DNA of 64,000 bases, taken from the NCBI RefSeq assembly GCF_018350175.1, contig NC_058373.1, forward strand, positions 102,302,001-102,366,000, written 5' to 3'. A program made the position numbers and the translations under genes. Under the pieces are notes generated by a model. That model searched no databases. It saw nothing but the letters and a program-made list of their open reading frames with translations, and had not been told where the DNA came from. Of this stretch, positions 1 through 12,779 are shown one piece after another (the stretch's first letter is position 1; each line of letters opens with the position of its first letter). This DNA is from Felis catus. Taxonomy: Eukaryota.

Positions 1-1267
1 AACTTCATGTTGCCTTCACCTCACAAAGTTGTTTATGTGTAAGTTGCTCTTTCAGGATTATTTTTGGGAATTAAGTAAAAGATTTTTTAAAGAGTACTTG
101 TATTATCACTTAAATACAATTATGGACCTTTTCAGCACAAGATTAAACTAGAGATATATAAAGCAAAGTAACTTGCATTTAAGAAATGACAATAAATTGG
201 TATTTTATAACCCAGATTTCTAGAATATTTAGTTCCCACAAAGGTTAAATATACCTTGGTTTATACTAAAAATTAGAAATCTTAAAATATGTTCCATGAA
301 ATATTTAAGAGCAAAAACTTTCATTTGTTTCCTCTACTTCAATTCGTAGGTGTTCTTTATTTTACTTTTTTGACAGCCTTCTCTGCTGTGATGGCTAAGT
401 ATTCAATGCTATCCCGTCTCCAGATTAATAATAAATCCAATAGTCCTCTCTTGGCTCCAGATGATAATTTTATTTCCTACTTACCTTAAAGTATCTTTTT
501 TTCCTATCAGATTTCTGGTATCTTTATGTTCCACCAACAAGGACTATATAGATAATTTTGATGCATTTGTAGCAGAAAGAATACAAGGAGCATCCAATTT
601 TACCAATTATAAGCTGAATTTGGGTAAGTTACTAACTTTTCAAGTTACTAACTTGAAAAATGGAGATCTAATACCTCACAGGGTTGTTTTGAGAATTAAA
701 TGAGATAATACATGTTAATAACCTAGAACCATGTCTAGCCCATAATTCTTCAGTACACATTAGCTCTCCCTTATTTATGCTCTGTTATCTGTCAAGAGAG
801 CAATCTCAAGGTACTTTCTATAGAAAGTACAAAAGTGCCTACCTCTCAAGGACCCTGTAGGGAGGCATCAAACACTGCTGTTTTGTAAATGATGAAAATG
901 AAGCTAAGTGAGTTAACTTATCCCGAAGTTTCACAGCTAGTATGTATGCAATAGAGCTGGTTTTGAGCTCAGATTTATCAAGCACCAAAGCCACAATGTG
1001 TTTAACACCAAAGGACACTGTATTGTTTCCTTTCTTCTTAGTTCTGCAGAATTTATTCTGCCCATCTAAATATAACCAATTACCGATCAGAAATTGTAAG
1101 CCTTAGTTCCCTCATTTAGGAAACAGAAGTATTTTCTATATGTCACAGGGTCATTGTGAAATCTAATAAAAAATACAGGTCTTGCATATTTTACCAGGTT
1201 AACAATCTGAAATGATATTTAATGTCAGCATCTGTTATAGTCTAGATAATAACACATGAAGGAATAC

Positions 1268-1460
1268 CTGTTTTTAGGAATAGTTGAAAGCAAAGTCTCC
1301 TTATCAACATGTCCACATGTGGTACTTGAAGGATCAGGATTCTGTGGTGACACAGTTTGTCTCAGAACGCCCATCTTAGACCTGTTCTCAGACACAGCTT
1401 TGCTGACAGACTTAGGTGTCCTAAGTCTTTGAGAAAGACGTTCAGAAGAGATAGAAAGTC
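1268..1460 (-). CDS. DLGAP5: DLGAP5 exon 15 (LSISSERLSQRLRTPKSVSKAVSENRSKMGVLRQTVSPQNPDPSSTTCGHVDKETLLSTIPKN); gene continues past the window's left edge
   Basis: CTTCTAG|GA acceptor, CAG|GTATTC donor. 193 nt, open frame, no stop codon reached. Confidence 0.9.
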
Positions 1461-2524
1461 CTAGAAGATGAAAGAAATCATCTCAATACCAAAAAGTTCC
1501 TTCATTCACTTTTCATTACAACAAGGAAGACAGTGCAAGTTCTTCCTATTACCCTACCAACTAGCCTCCTTCTCCAGTAAAATGTCTGTTAAAGACAAAT
1601 GCCTGGGACTTTCAGTTAAAGATAGTACTGAACACACACATTAGATTCTGTTTCTTCTTGACATCCCACTACTTGACGCAGTAACAGAGATCATCTTAAA
1701 AGGCAGAATGTCACAAGGACAAAGAATCTTTTTTTTTTTTTTTTAAACTCAGTGGCTTTTTAAACCTGAAATACAATTTTCCAGGACAAAGGGAACTAAA
1801 AGAGAGACAACAATAGTCAGAAAAATTCAGAAGCTGTAATGTAGATGAGTGAGTAGGATATTACTTACTAGACCCAAGAAAATAAATCCTAAGTCACAGT
1901 CAGGAAACAGGAGAATCAACCCAATTTATACCATAACACCCCTCAAAACAACTGGTGGCCTCAAGTATCTCTGAAAGCAGAGATGAAAATGGAGCTACAA
2001 ACAGGAAAAACAAAGTCAGTTTAAAGAACAAGTGGAATCCTTTCCTTATTCTGCACAGGTAGTCAACATGCTCCTTGCCACCACCCAAACCAGAAAAAGA
2101 GAGGGTTATTTCCTGAAAAAGGTGGAACAGAAGGTCTCTGAGTTAGGGGATACCAGGTAAGGTTGAGATGGGGACTATGTGGAAAAAGGGGATCTGGTGA
2201 GTATTTACAAACTATTGAGACATTCAGTTTTTTCCTCCCACCTGGCCCCTGAAAGGCTGGTAGCCAGAATTCTATCTTCTAGGCAGCAGACTGAAAGAGT
2301 CTTCTCTGGGGAATCTGACTAGCACATGAGAACAGACTTCAATATAGTGATGTGTAGGGTCCCAGTGTTATGGTACAGCTAAATCACATGACAGTAAAGA
2401 CCACATCACCCAAGTGCTGCTGTGCAGAGACCCACTCTTAACCACAAGCAGGCAGTCAATGATCGCCAGACACCCAAAGAAAGCCTCTAATATGAGAGAT
2501 GGAAACCAAAACCAAACAGACAAT

Positions 2525-3867
2525 GGGCACCTGGGTGGCTCAGTCGGTTAAGCACCCGACTTTGGTTCAGGTCATGATCTTGTAGCTGGTAGGTTCCAGC
2601 CCCACATCAGGCTCTGTGCTGACAGCTCAGAGTCTGGAGCCTGCTTCAGATTCTGTGTCTCCCTCTCTTTCTGCCCCTCCCCTGCTCACACTGTTTCTCT
2701 CTTTCTCTCTAAAAAATAAATCATAAAGAAAAAAAACCAAAACCAAAACCAAAATCAAAAGAAAACACCCCAAACAGACAAAAGTATCTTGGAACAAATA
2801 CTCTACAGGGGAATGAAAACATAAAAGCTATCATTAACATCCTCAGAAAGGTAAGACAATACACTTACCAAACCAGTACAGAATGTTATAAAATGGAACA
2901 TTCTGAGAATGAGAAAGAGCTCTTGGGAATTTAAACCATGAGAGGAAAACAAGGCAAAACAAAGCATACCACCATGAGAGCCAATATGAAAGTTGAGGAA
3001 ATCCAGGAAGTAGAAAATGGCAAGTACAGGAAAAATTATAAAAATAGCCTATTTCCCAGGAAAAAAATAAAATAGGTATTTCTGAAAGAAAGATCCAAGA
3101 TAACCAAGGAGAGTAAATCATAGGAACAATTCAAGAAAAAAAAAAAATCTATATCTTGTTCAGAGAGAGGGCTTCAAACAACTCAAGATTCCAAGACTCC
3201 TGTAAGAACTAACAGTGGTTGTCCCTAGGGAGAAACAAATGGGATGAGAGGGGCTTTTGGGGGGACTTCTGTTCTGTAACAGGCCTCATATGAACTAAGT
3301 GCTCTGTAAATAAAACTCAATTTTAACAAGATAGTGTTGGGCCATGAACCTTAATCTCCCCAGGCAGAAGTGCCACACTGGGTCCATGAAAGAACAGACA
3401 GTGATGAGTTCATAGTAATGGAAACTAGTAGGATCCTCAGGAAGTTAGTGGCAAGGAGCCACGTTACTAGCAGGAGGCAATTCCTGGGTGGAAGTGAAGC
3501 TGCTTAGAGTAAAGCAAACAAGCCAGACCACATCAGGTATGATACCTAAATTGACAGGAAGATTATAATATACTTGAGGTGATAAATTTACATTTTAATG
3601 TAAATATCAGATAACAGCTCAAGCTTATTTTCAGAAAACTTCCCAGTAGACACAGTGAAATAGGGAAAAAAAAAAAACATCCCTTCAGCTGATTAGTACT
3701 TGAAGAGGACTTGGACCCTTTCTCCCTGAAAACAAACATCTATGGGCACCTGGGTGGCTCAGTCAGTTAAGCATCCAACTCTTGATTTCAGCTCAAGTCA
3801 TGATCTCAGGGTTGTGAAACTGAGCCTCATGTAGGGCTCTGCACTGACAGTGAGGGGCTGGCTTGGG

Positions 3868-3915
<48 letters not shown>

Positions 3916-4706
3916 AAAATAAACAAACATTAAAACAAACATCTAGCACTTAAAGCACTGATACAAGTTTCTACTGAGATTTACACATTACTTCAGCTAT
4001 GACCTCTCGTTATATGATGTATATATAAATAATTCCAATCTAGATATATAAATTCAATCTAATAAAGATAGCCTATAGGGCGATGGGTGGCTCAACTGGT
4101 TGAGCAACCGACTCTTGATTTAGGCTCAGGTCATGATCTCACAGCTAGTGAGTTTGAGCCCTGCATCTGGCTCCGTGCTAACAGCGCAGAGCCTGCTTGG
4201 GATTCTCTCTCATTCTCTCTCTCCCTCCTGTGCTCACACATTCTGTCTCTCTCTCTCAAAATAAAGAAACTTACAGAAGACCATGGGGGAGGGGAAGGAA
4301 AAAAAAAAAGTTAGAGAGGGAGAGAGCCAAACCATAAGAGACTCTTAAAAACTGAGAATAAACTGAGGGTTGATGGGGGGTGGGAGGGACGGATGGGTGG
4401 CATTGAGGAAGGCACCTGTTGGGATGAGCACTGGGTGTTGTATGGAAACCAATTTGACAATAAATTTCATATTAAAAAAAAAGTTTAAAGATAGCCTATG
4501 AAAAATAGCTATTGGGGGTGCCTGGGTGGTTTAGTCCATTGAGTGACTGACTTTGGCTCAGGTCATGATCTCACAGTTCATGAGTTCAAGCCACACTGTC
4601 AGTGTGGAGCCTGCCTGGGATTCTCTCTCTCTCCCCCTCTTTCTGCCCCTCCCCCACTCACATGAGCATGCTTTCTCTCTCTAATAAATAAAAACTTAAA
4701 AAAAAA
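2525..4706 (+). mobile_element. Interval containing CAN-SINEs at ~2525, 3744, 4078 and 4515, plus a felid L1 3' UTR fragment (~4272-4483)
   Basis: tRNA-like heads GGG(C/T)(A/G)CCTGGGTGGCTCAGT, (CT)n and A tails. L1 tail ...GGGATGAGCACTGGGTGTTGTATGGAAACCAATTTGACAATAAA. Confidence 0.8.
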
Positions 4707-5039
4707 TAGCTATTAAAAATTGTAAAAGAAAATCATAAGATCAGAGTTAGAAATCAGTTAGAAAATCATAAGAATGTTTTCCTGAAGTATTAAAAGCTGG
4801 TTTCACTGGAATGCTTTTAAATTAGGAAATTAGTACATTTATTGTATTTCATAAAATCTGAGCAAAAGTTTTAATACAAATGAAAATTAAACCAAACCCA
4901 CTTTCCAATGAAGCACACACAGTTGTGCTTCATTTTAAAGCACAACTAAAGAAGTATGATAATTTTAATGCCTAAGATGCTTTGCATCTTAAATTCTAAT
5001 CCAACTAACCTGAAGAAAATCACCTAACTTCTCATGTTT

Positions 5040-5283
5040 GGTTTTTTTTGTTTTTTTTTTTTTTTTAATTTTTTTTTCCCAACGTTTATTTATTTTTGGG
5101 ACAGAGAGAGACAGAGCATGAACGGGGGAGGGGCAGAGAGAGAGGGAGACACAGAGTCGGAAACAGGCTCCAGGCTCTGAGCCATCAGCCCAGAGCCCGA
5201 CGCGGGGCTCGAACTCACGGACCGCGAGATCGTGACCTGGCTGAAGTCGGACGCTTAACCGACTGCGCCACCCAGGCGCCCCT
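5040..5283 (-). mobile_element. Young felid CAN-SINE (SINEC_Fc-like)
   Basis: GGGGCGCCTGGGTGGCGCAGTCGGTTAAGCGTCCGACTTCAGCCAGG head, CpGs intact, (CT)n and A tail, TSD cttctcatgttt. Confidence 0.92.
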
Positions 5284-5598
5284 CTTCTCATGTTTTTATC
5301 ATGTCCCTTACCGCTTGGGATCCTGTGACCTACTCCACAGGATTGTGGGGTTAAGTGGTAATAACTGATGTGAAATCACTTAGGAAACACAAAATCCATT
5401 TTAGAAGATTGGTCACACTTAAAGTAATCTAATCATACACATCACAATGTGCCTTGCATGGGTTTGTGAGAGCATAGTCTATCTTCCAGACCCACAGAGA
5501 GTTTATAGGCCTTCATGTGAAAACTACTTTATACCTCTTATACAAGCTCCTATCTAACCCAAATATTTCTCTCAAGGAGTCTTAGCAAAAAATCTAAC

Positions 5599-5815
5599 CT
5601 GAGAAGGATTTAACGGGACTTTCAATTCTGAAAAATCCAGCATCAAACACTATTGTATCAACTTCCTTTGGCATTACAGAGGCCGCTGCCTCCACATGTT
5701 CTTCCTTCTTCATTCTCTCTCTCATTGCATTTTTTATGGCAGCTAGGCGATTTCTAGCTGCAATTCTTCCATCATCCTCTTTGGACTTACTTGGTACACC
5801 TGAGACAACTTTTTT
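5599..5815 (-). CDS. DLGAP5: DLGAP5 exon 14 (KKVVSGVPSKSKEDDGRIAARNRLAAIKNAMRERM...VFDAGFFRIESPVKSFS)
   Basis: TTTGCAG|AAA acceptor, CAG|GTTAGA donor. 217 nt with AARxRLAA and VFDAGFFRxESP motifs. Confidence 0.96.
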
Positions 5816-5959
5816 CTGCAAAGAGAAATTATGACATTTATTAAAGCTACTCATTATCATCTTACAAGAAAAACAAAGCATGCATAGCTATTTAACACAT
5901 TTGGGGTGCCTGGGTGGCTCAGTCAGTTGAGCGTCAGACTCTTGATTTCGGCTCTGGTG

Positions 5960-7560
5960 CCAGGAGTCAAAAGGTAAAGGACAAAGTCCCTGCTCTCGAG
6001 GAATTCACACAGCTTAAGGGAAGGGCTCGATGTGGACATTAAAAAGAATAAATGTCATGATACAGACAAAATTAGACAACTGTAAGAGAATACCAGGCTA
6101 TCACCTAAATCAATCCTAAGAGTCATCCAGAAAGGTTATAGGAAGTAGCACTGAGCTGGAATCACAGTTAGCCAGGCTACAAGACCAGGCGAAGAAAGGG
6201 TTGGAACGTGCAAAAAATAGCATGTTTGCAAAGCCAGAAGTGAAAGAAAGCATAGCAGAGCTGGGAGGTAACAACAGATAGATTTTAAAATCCCTTGCAT
6301 GTAACCATTTTAAAGAGCCACATTTATACAGAGGACAAAGAAATAGAGTTTATCGATGACTTTTAATCAGGAGATTAACATTATCGGCTTTGTGTTTCGA
6401 AAGGTCATTCTGTCTATAGCCTGGAGAATGGAGAACTGACTGGAGGTTACAAGTCAGTTAGGAAGGAGTCTATTGCACTGATACTGGGTAAAGATGATAG
6501 TAATTAGATTAAGGAGGAGGAATGGAAAAGCCATGAATGGCTTCAAGAGATATGTTAAGGGGGAGAACTGAGAGGACTTAGCAATCTATTGGATGTGTGG
6601 AGGGTAGAGATGGTGAAATAGAGAAAGGACTAAAGAAGATACCTCAGACACCTAGTGGGAATATCGTTCTCTGAGACAGAAATATCAATGTGTGTGCAGA
6701 TGACTTCAGTTTGGGACTTTTTTTTTTTTTAATCATTTTAATGTTTATTTTTGAGAGAGAGAGACACACACAGAGTGCAAATGGGGGAGGGGCAGAGAGA
6801 GAGGCACAGAATTTGAAGCAGGCTGCAGGCTCTGAGCTGTCAGCCCCGATGTGGGGCTCAAACCCATGAATCGTGAGATCATGACCTGAGCTGAAGTCGG
6901 ACGCTTAAGTGACTGAATCACCCAGGTGCCCCGAGGCATACTGATTTCAAGTTTTATGGAGTCAGGATATATAGAGGTAGAGCTTAGCAGTACTTGTGGT
7001 TTGAAATACAGATTTGGGACTCATCACAGGATGGGGAAGATTGCACAGAAAAAATGTGGAAGGAAAGAAGAGAGTTGAGGTAGGAATAAGAGTATCACAA
7101 ACATTTAAGGGATAAATGGAAAAACAAACATACAAACATGACTGAAAATGGGCACAGAGACAGGAGGAAAAATTAGAATATAATTTCAAGAAAGAGGGAA
7201 TCAACTGTATTTAATCCTGCAGAAGGATTAGATTTTATAATTAAGTAAGTAATAACTCAGCAACTAGAGAATCAATACCCCTGGTGATAACTGTTCTAGA
7301 GGCATCAAGAAGGGTGAAGTTGACTTGCAGTGAGTTGGAGAGATAAGTGAGGACCAAAACAGTAACCGCAGAGTACAGACAACTTTTCCAGGAAACTTAT
7401 CTGTGATTCGGAGATGGGAACATCACAGGTTTAAGGGTTTTTTAATGTAAGCAAAGCTAAGACCCTCAAACATGTCTAAAAACTGATGGAAAAGAGAGAG
7501 GAAGAGAGGAAAAAAAGGCTAATTGATGGAATGACAGATCGATGAATAAGAGGGAAGAGG
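5960..7560 (-). mobile_element. Decayed L2 fragments
   Basis: Purine-rich antisense L2-like motifs such as GATTTGGGACTCATCA and AAAGGTCATTCTGTCT. Confidence 0.55.
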
Positions 7561-9520
7561 ATCAAAGTATAGGTATTAATTTTACTTTATTTGTTTGATA
7601 ATCTTAATAATAGCCTGTAAAATAGAGTAAGAGGAGAGAGACACCTGGTGATAAGTGACAGAATTACAAGGCTCTGATATAACGCTATCTGCAGCACTGA
7701 TGATGTTCATGTTTCCAGGACTGAGTACTCAATAAGAAATACCCATGGTAGCTTCAAGTTGTCCCAGCATTCTTCACTGTTTAGCAGATTTGAAATTCAT
7801 TCAATTAATTTAGTCACTGTCCTCAGCGTCCTTGTCATGAGACTTCATTAGTCAAATAATTTGGTAATAAATTCTTTTAAATTCTTATTTATTTTTGAGA
7901 GAGAGACAGAGAGAGCATGTACATGTGTGCGAATACGAGCAGGGGAGGGGCAGAGAGAAAGGGAGAGAGAGTCCCAAGCAGGTTCCACACTCAGCTCGGA
8001 GTCTGACGGGACTTGATCTCATGACCATGAGATCATGACCTGAGCTGAAATCAAGGGTTGGACACTTAACAGACTAAGCCATCCAAGTACCCCTGTGTAA
8101 CAGGTTCTTTTAATACTCTACTATCTTAAGTCCCTAAGATAGGATTTAAAACAGACATTTTATTTGGGTTACATAAGAATAAAGTACTAAACTAGAAACC
8201 TAATTCTATAACCAAAGGTATTCTTCTAAAATATAAAGAGGGGTGCCTGGGTAGCTCAGTTGGTTAAGCACATCTGACTCTTGATTTTGGCTCAGATCGA
8301 ATCTCAGATCTCATGGTGGTGAGATCGAGCCCCTCGTTGGGCTCTGCACTGGGCATACAGCCAGCTTGGAATTCTCTCTCTCCCTCTCTCTCCCTGCCCC
8401 TCCCCCGCTTGTGCACATGTGCACGCGCACACTCTCTCTCAAAAAAAATACAACTAAATAAAAATAAAATATAAAGAAACACTGGCAATGCTCTAAGGTG
8501 GTTTGAGAAGTATCCATTTGACCAGAAACTCTGAGTTCAAAACATTACTAGAAAAAAAAAGTACTACAAATAGAGAAGAATGGGATCTTTCATGTTAACA
8601 AAGCAAATTTTAGAGAAAATAGGAAAATTTACAAGATAAAGCATAGGGAAGAAGACAGATGTTCTAAAGAGCCATTGTCCCTCTTTCCTATTTAAAAACT
8701 ATTTCATTTTGAAATAGAGCACACAATTGGGGCACCTGGGTGGCTCAGTCGGTTAAGCGGCTGACTTCGGCTCAGGTCACGATCTCGCGGTCTGTGAGTT
8801 CGAGCCCTGCGTCGGGCTCTGTGCTGACAGCTCGGAGCCTGGAGCCTGTTTCAGATTCTGTGTCTCCCTCTCTCTCTGACCCTCCCCCATTCATGCTCTG
8901 TCTCTCTCTCTGTCTCAAAAATAAATAAACGTTTAAAAAAATTAAAAAAAAAAAAAACAAGAAATAGAGCACACAAAAGAATATATAAAAACAAAGAGGT
9001 GGCATAGCCTACTGATTAAGAACATGGATTCTGGAAAGAGAAGCATGGCCGTGAAACATAGCTCCGCATTTGGCAAGTGATTTAATCTTTCTGGACGTGA
9101 GGTTTCTCAACTGTAGCTTGGGGAGAACAGAGCCTACTTCACAGGACTGTTGTGATGATTAAATGAGCTTATACACATAAAATACATAGAACAATACTTG
9201 GCACACACTAAGCATTATATCAATTATGTAGTACTCCTGTTATTATTAGAACAAAATGGATGTTTTACAACAAAATGTACAGTTTGAAGTGTAAAACAAA
9301 CATGCAGGGGTGCCTGAATGGCTCATTCAGTTGAGTGGCCAACTCTTGATTTCAGCTCAGGTCATGATCTCACAGTATGTGGGTTTGAGCCCCACATCTG
9401 GCTCTGTGCTGACAGTAAGGACCTTGCCTGGGATTCTCTCTCCTTCTCTCTGTGCCCCTTCCCCAATCATGCTGTCTTGCTCTCTCTCTCTAAATAACAA
9501 ATAAACTTTAAAAATATATT
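6718..9520. mobile_element. Interval containing CAN-SINEs at ~6718-6932(-), 7880-8093(-), 8240-8480(+), 8729-8960(+) and 9307-9520(+)
   Basis: CAN-SINE head, (CT)n and A-tail structure with TSDs. Confidence 0.85.
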
Positions 9521-9839
9521 TAAAACAAACAAACATGCATATACCCACTATTTGGTAACTTAGAAGCCCTTTGCGTGTCCCCATTCAATTATAGCCCCTA
9601 CCTCCTGCCCTCCAGAAAGAATTTAGTGTTTAGCTGAATTTAAGATCTGGCTGATTTAGAATTTAGCTGAATTTCATTGCTTCTTCAAAGGCAATCCAGA
9701 CGTTGTATGTAATATATGGAACTTTACTGGTAAAAAGATGAAAAATCTGAAGCTAAATGTTTTTAAAGCTGAAAAATAAAAATTCATTAAATTAGAAGAA
9801 TCTATGTTAGAAATTTGGATATAAAACCCACACACTTAC

Positions 9840-9932
9840 CCGAAAGACTTTTTTGTTTGTATTATTATTGTTCTGCCATCCAGATTCCTCAAGTTTAGTC
9901 AAATTGTTGAATTTTTGGTTTACATCTTCTAT
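9840..9932 (-). CDS. DLGAP5: DLGAP5 exon 13 (IEDVNQKFNNLTKLEESGWQNNNNTNKKVFR)
   Basis: TACTAACAG|ATA acceptor, CGG|GTAAGT donor. 93 nt, phase 0-0. Confidence 0.94.
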
Positions 9933-10403
9933 CTGTTAGTAAATAAAGCACATGTTTATCAGATTAATCCTAACTTTATTAAAATGAAAAACCAGTGAAC
10001 TGAAGCTTCAAAAAAATTGAGAATGGTGAGTTGGACTGATGGCATATAAAATTAGACGAAGCCATCCTCAATTTAGTATTCAAATTAAGAATTCTTATGG
10101 TAAAATTGTTATTTGTGCTTTGACAAACTTCCAAAATCTACAGAAAAGATGTCAAATATGAAGAACCCTCCTAATTTATTTTTGACCATTAAAATGTAGG
10201 AGGGATATCCTAGATGTTTGTTTCCTAAACTATACAATGTGAACACGATATGTCTTTTTCTTTTTTTTTTTTTTAAACACAATGTCTTTTGCAAATACTT
10301 TCAGTCTGTGGCTTGCCTTCTCATTCTCTTGACAGAATCTTATTTTAAAAGATACATGTAATATACCTACTAGCAGGATAAGAATGTATGATCCTTATCC
10401 TTC

Positions 10404-10609
10404 TGGTATGGTCCTCATCTCAACTAGTTATCTAAAGTGGCGCCTTCTGTGCACCACTTTAGGGAAGATCAGAACAAGCCTTCCTGCATTCCGGTCAAGG
10501 CTTACGTTCTTACGTTAACCTCCATGGGGCCTAGAAAATGTAGCCCCAAGAGAGGTCATTGTATAGGCGTGGACAAGATGCAGGGCCAAAGATGGAGTCA
10601 GTGTTGTCA
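10404..10609 (-). repeat. ~205-bp LTR-like interspersed repeat, copy 1
   Basis: Homologous to 44725-44915 in opposite orientation. Confidence 0.75.
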
Positions 10610-10784
10610 GTGTATGATTCCCATCTTTCTGGTACTTCCAGTCTCCTCCAAAGAGGAAACCATTGTTAATAATTTAGTAAACATGCTTCAAACCCCCTAT
10701 TATGCATTTATACACATGCATACTCTCAATTTCTCTCTCCCGAAAAAATGTAAATGTCAAAAAGATTCAGGATTACACTATGAC

Positions 10785-12070
10785 CAACTGATGTTCAACA
10801 ATGTGTCAATGTAATCCAATGAGGAAAGGATAGTCTTTTCAACAACAGTACTGGGGAAATTGGATATACACACAAAAAAAGATGAATTTAAACTCTTACC
10901 TATATCATACACAAAAATGAACTCCAAATGAATCATATACCTAACTGTAGAGCCAGAACTACACTTTTAGAAAAAAAACATAAGAAAATCTTTGTGAGCT
11001 GACATTTGGCAAAAAAAGAGTTCTTAGACATGGTGTCAAAGATCACAACATAGAAGAAAAAAGTTGATAAGTTGAATATCATCAAAATTAAAAACACTTA
11101 CACTTCAAAAGACACCATTAAGAAAATTAAGACAAGCTACAAAGTGGGGGAAAATATTTGCAAATAATATTTCTGATAAAAGACTTGTCTTCAGAATATA
11201 CAAAGAACAGTTAGAACTCAATAACAAAAAGACAAACCCAATTTAAAATGGCCAAAAGATTTGAATAGAAATTTCACCAAAGAAGACATTTAAATGGCTA
11301 ACAAACACATGAAAAGATAATTATCATAATTCATTAGGGAAATGCAAATCAAAACTACAACAAATACTTCGTACCCACTAGGATGGTTCCACTAGACAGA
11401 CAGTAACAAGTACCAGTCAGGATGTGGAGACATAGGAAAACTCATACATTGTTGGCAGGAAAGTAAAATATTACAATCACTTTGGCAAACAGTATGGCAG
11501 TTTCTTAAAAGTCAAACGTAAATTTACTACATGTCCTAGCAATATCTAGATATTTACCTCAAGAGAAATTAAAACTTATGTCCACACTAAGATTTGTATG
11601 TGAATATTCAAAGAAGATATTCATAATCACCAAAGTAGAAACAATCCAAGTGTCCTTCAACTGGTGAATAGAGAATGGTGTATTTACCCAAAGAACTACT
11701 ACTCAGCAATGAAAAGGAACGAAGTACAGATACATCGCACAACATGGAAGAACCTCAAAAACATCATGCTAAGTGAAAGAAGCCACATATGAAAGACTAC
11801 ATATGGTATTATTTTACTTAATATGAAGTGTCCAGAAAAGGCAAATCTATGGAGTAAGTTGCTTGGGGCTGGGAGTGGGAATGGGGATTCACTTGCATAC
11901 AGGAAAGAAAGGTCTTTTAATGCTGAAAATATTCTACACTTGGATTGTGGTGACGGTTGCACAACTCTGCAAATTTACTGAAAATCATTGAACTGTGCAT
12001 TCAGAACTGGTAAGTTTTATGATATTAAACTTCAGAAAAGCTCTTAAAGGAAAAAAAAAAAAAAAAAAAA
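10785..12070 (+). mobile_element. Old L1 3' portion (decayed ORF2 C-terminus + 3' UTR + A tail)
   Basis: L1 motifs AAAGGATAGTCTTTTCAACA, ATGGCTAACAAACACATGAAAAGAT and ATTAGGGAAATGCAAATCAAAAC; poly(A) at ~12051-12070. Confidence 0.85.
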
Positions 12071-12779
12071 GGTCCCAGAAGGCAACTTGAAGAGGCTCCC
12101 AATGGCCAAAGCTGGGAAATGAGTATCAACAGATACTAAATATAAACAATATAAACACATCAAATACCTTCAAATCTATCAATTATTAACATTAAAACAC
12201 AAAAATTCATTGGTTACTATTGACTGATGCTAGTGAAACAACTCATTATCAAAACTGGAAAATATGTAAAAACTGGTCATAAAGCAATACTTAACATCAC
12301 CATGACTACCTCAACACTATTCACGTCAGGGCCATACAGCAATGGACATTATCTTTCCTTCACTTTTTCTCTACTCTGAATACTGTTTTTTCTTTTCATT
12401 TGCTTGGTTTTTATTTATCTATCATCAATTCACCTCTAAATTTTATAAAAAACTCCTCTAAATACAATTTAAAAAGCAAACAGGGGCGCCTGTGTGGCTC
12501 GGTCAGTTGAGCATCCGACTCTGGATTTCAGCTCAGGTCATGATCCCAGGGTCACGTGATGGAGCCCCACTTGGCCTGGAGCCTGCTTGGGATTCTCTCA
12601 ATTTCTCCCTCTGCCCCTCTCCTACTTGTCTTTTTTCACTCTCTCTAAAAATAAAAAATAAGTGAAAAAGCTAGCAAACAAATCAGGTATTATATATTTA
12701 GCTCAGTCTCACACAGACCAGGTCCTCCTGCTCTAATCTCAACCACTGCTTCGTAAACTACACACCTCACCACAACTCA

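Noticed and set aside
990..1047. Possible DLGAP5 exon 16 (TCTGCAG acceptor, CAGTGTCCT motif)
   Set aside because: The in-frame translation does not resemble the expected continuation and there is no good donor. The next exon probably lies outside the window.
4989..5368. Recurrent 60-125 aa ORFs of the type MAQSVKHPTSAQVMIS / RETEHERGRGRERGRHR throughout the window
   Set aside because: These are translations of CAN-SINEs in different frames, not genes.
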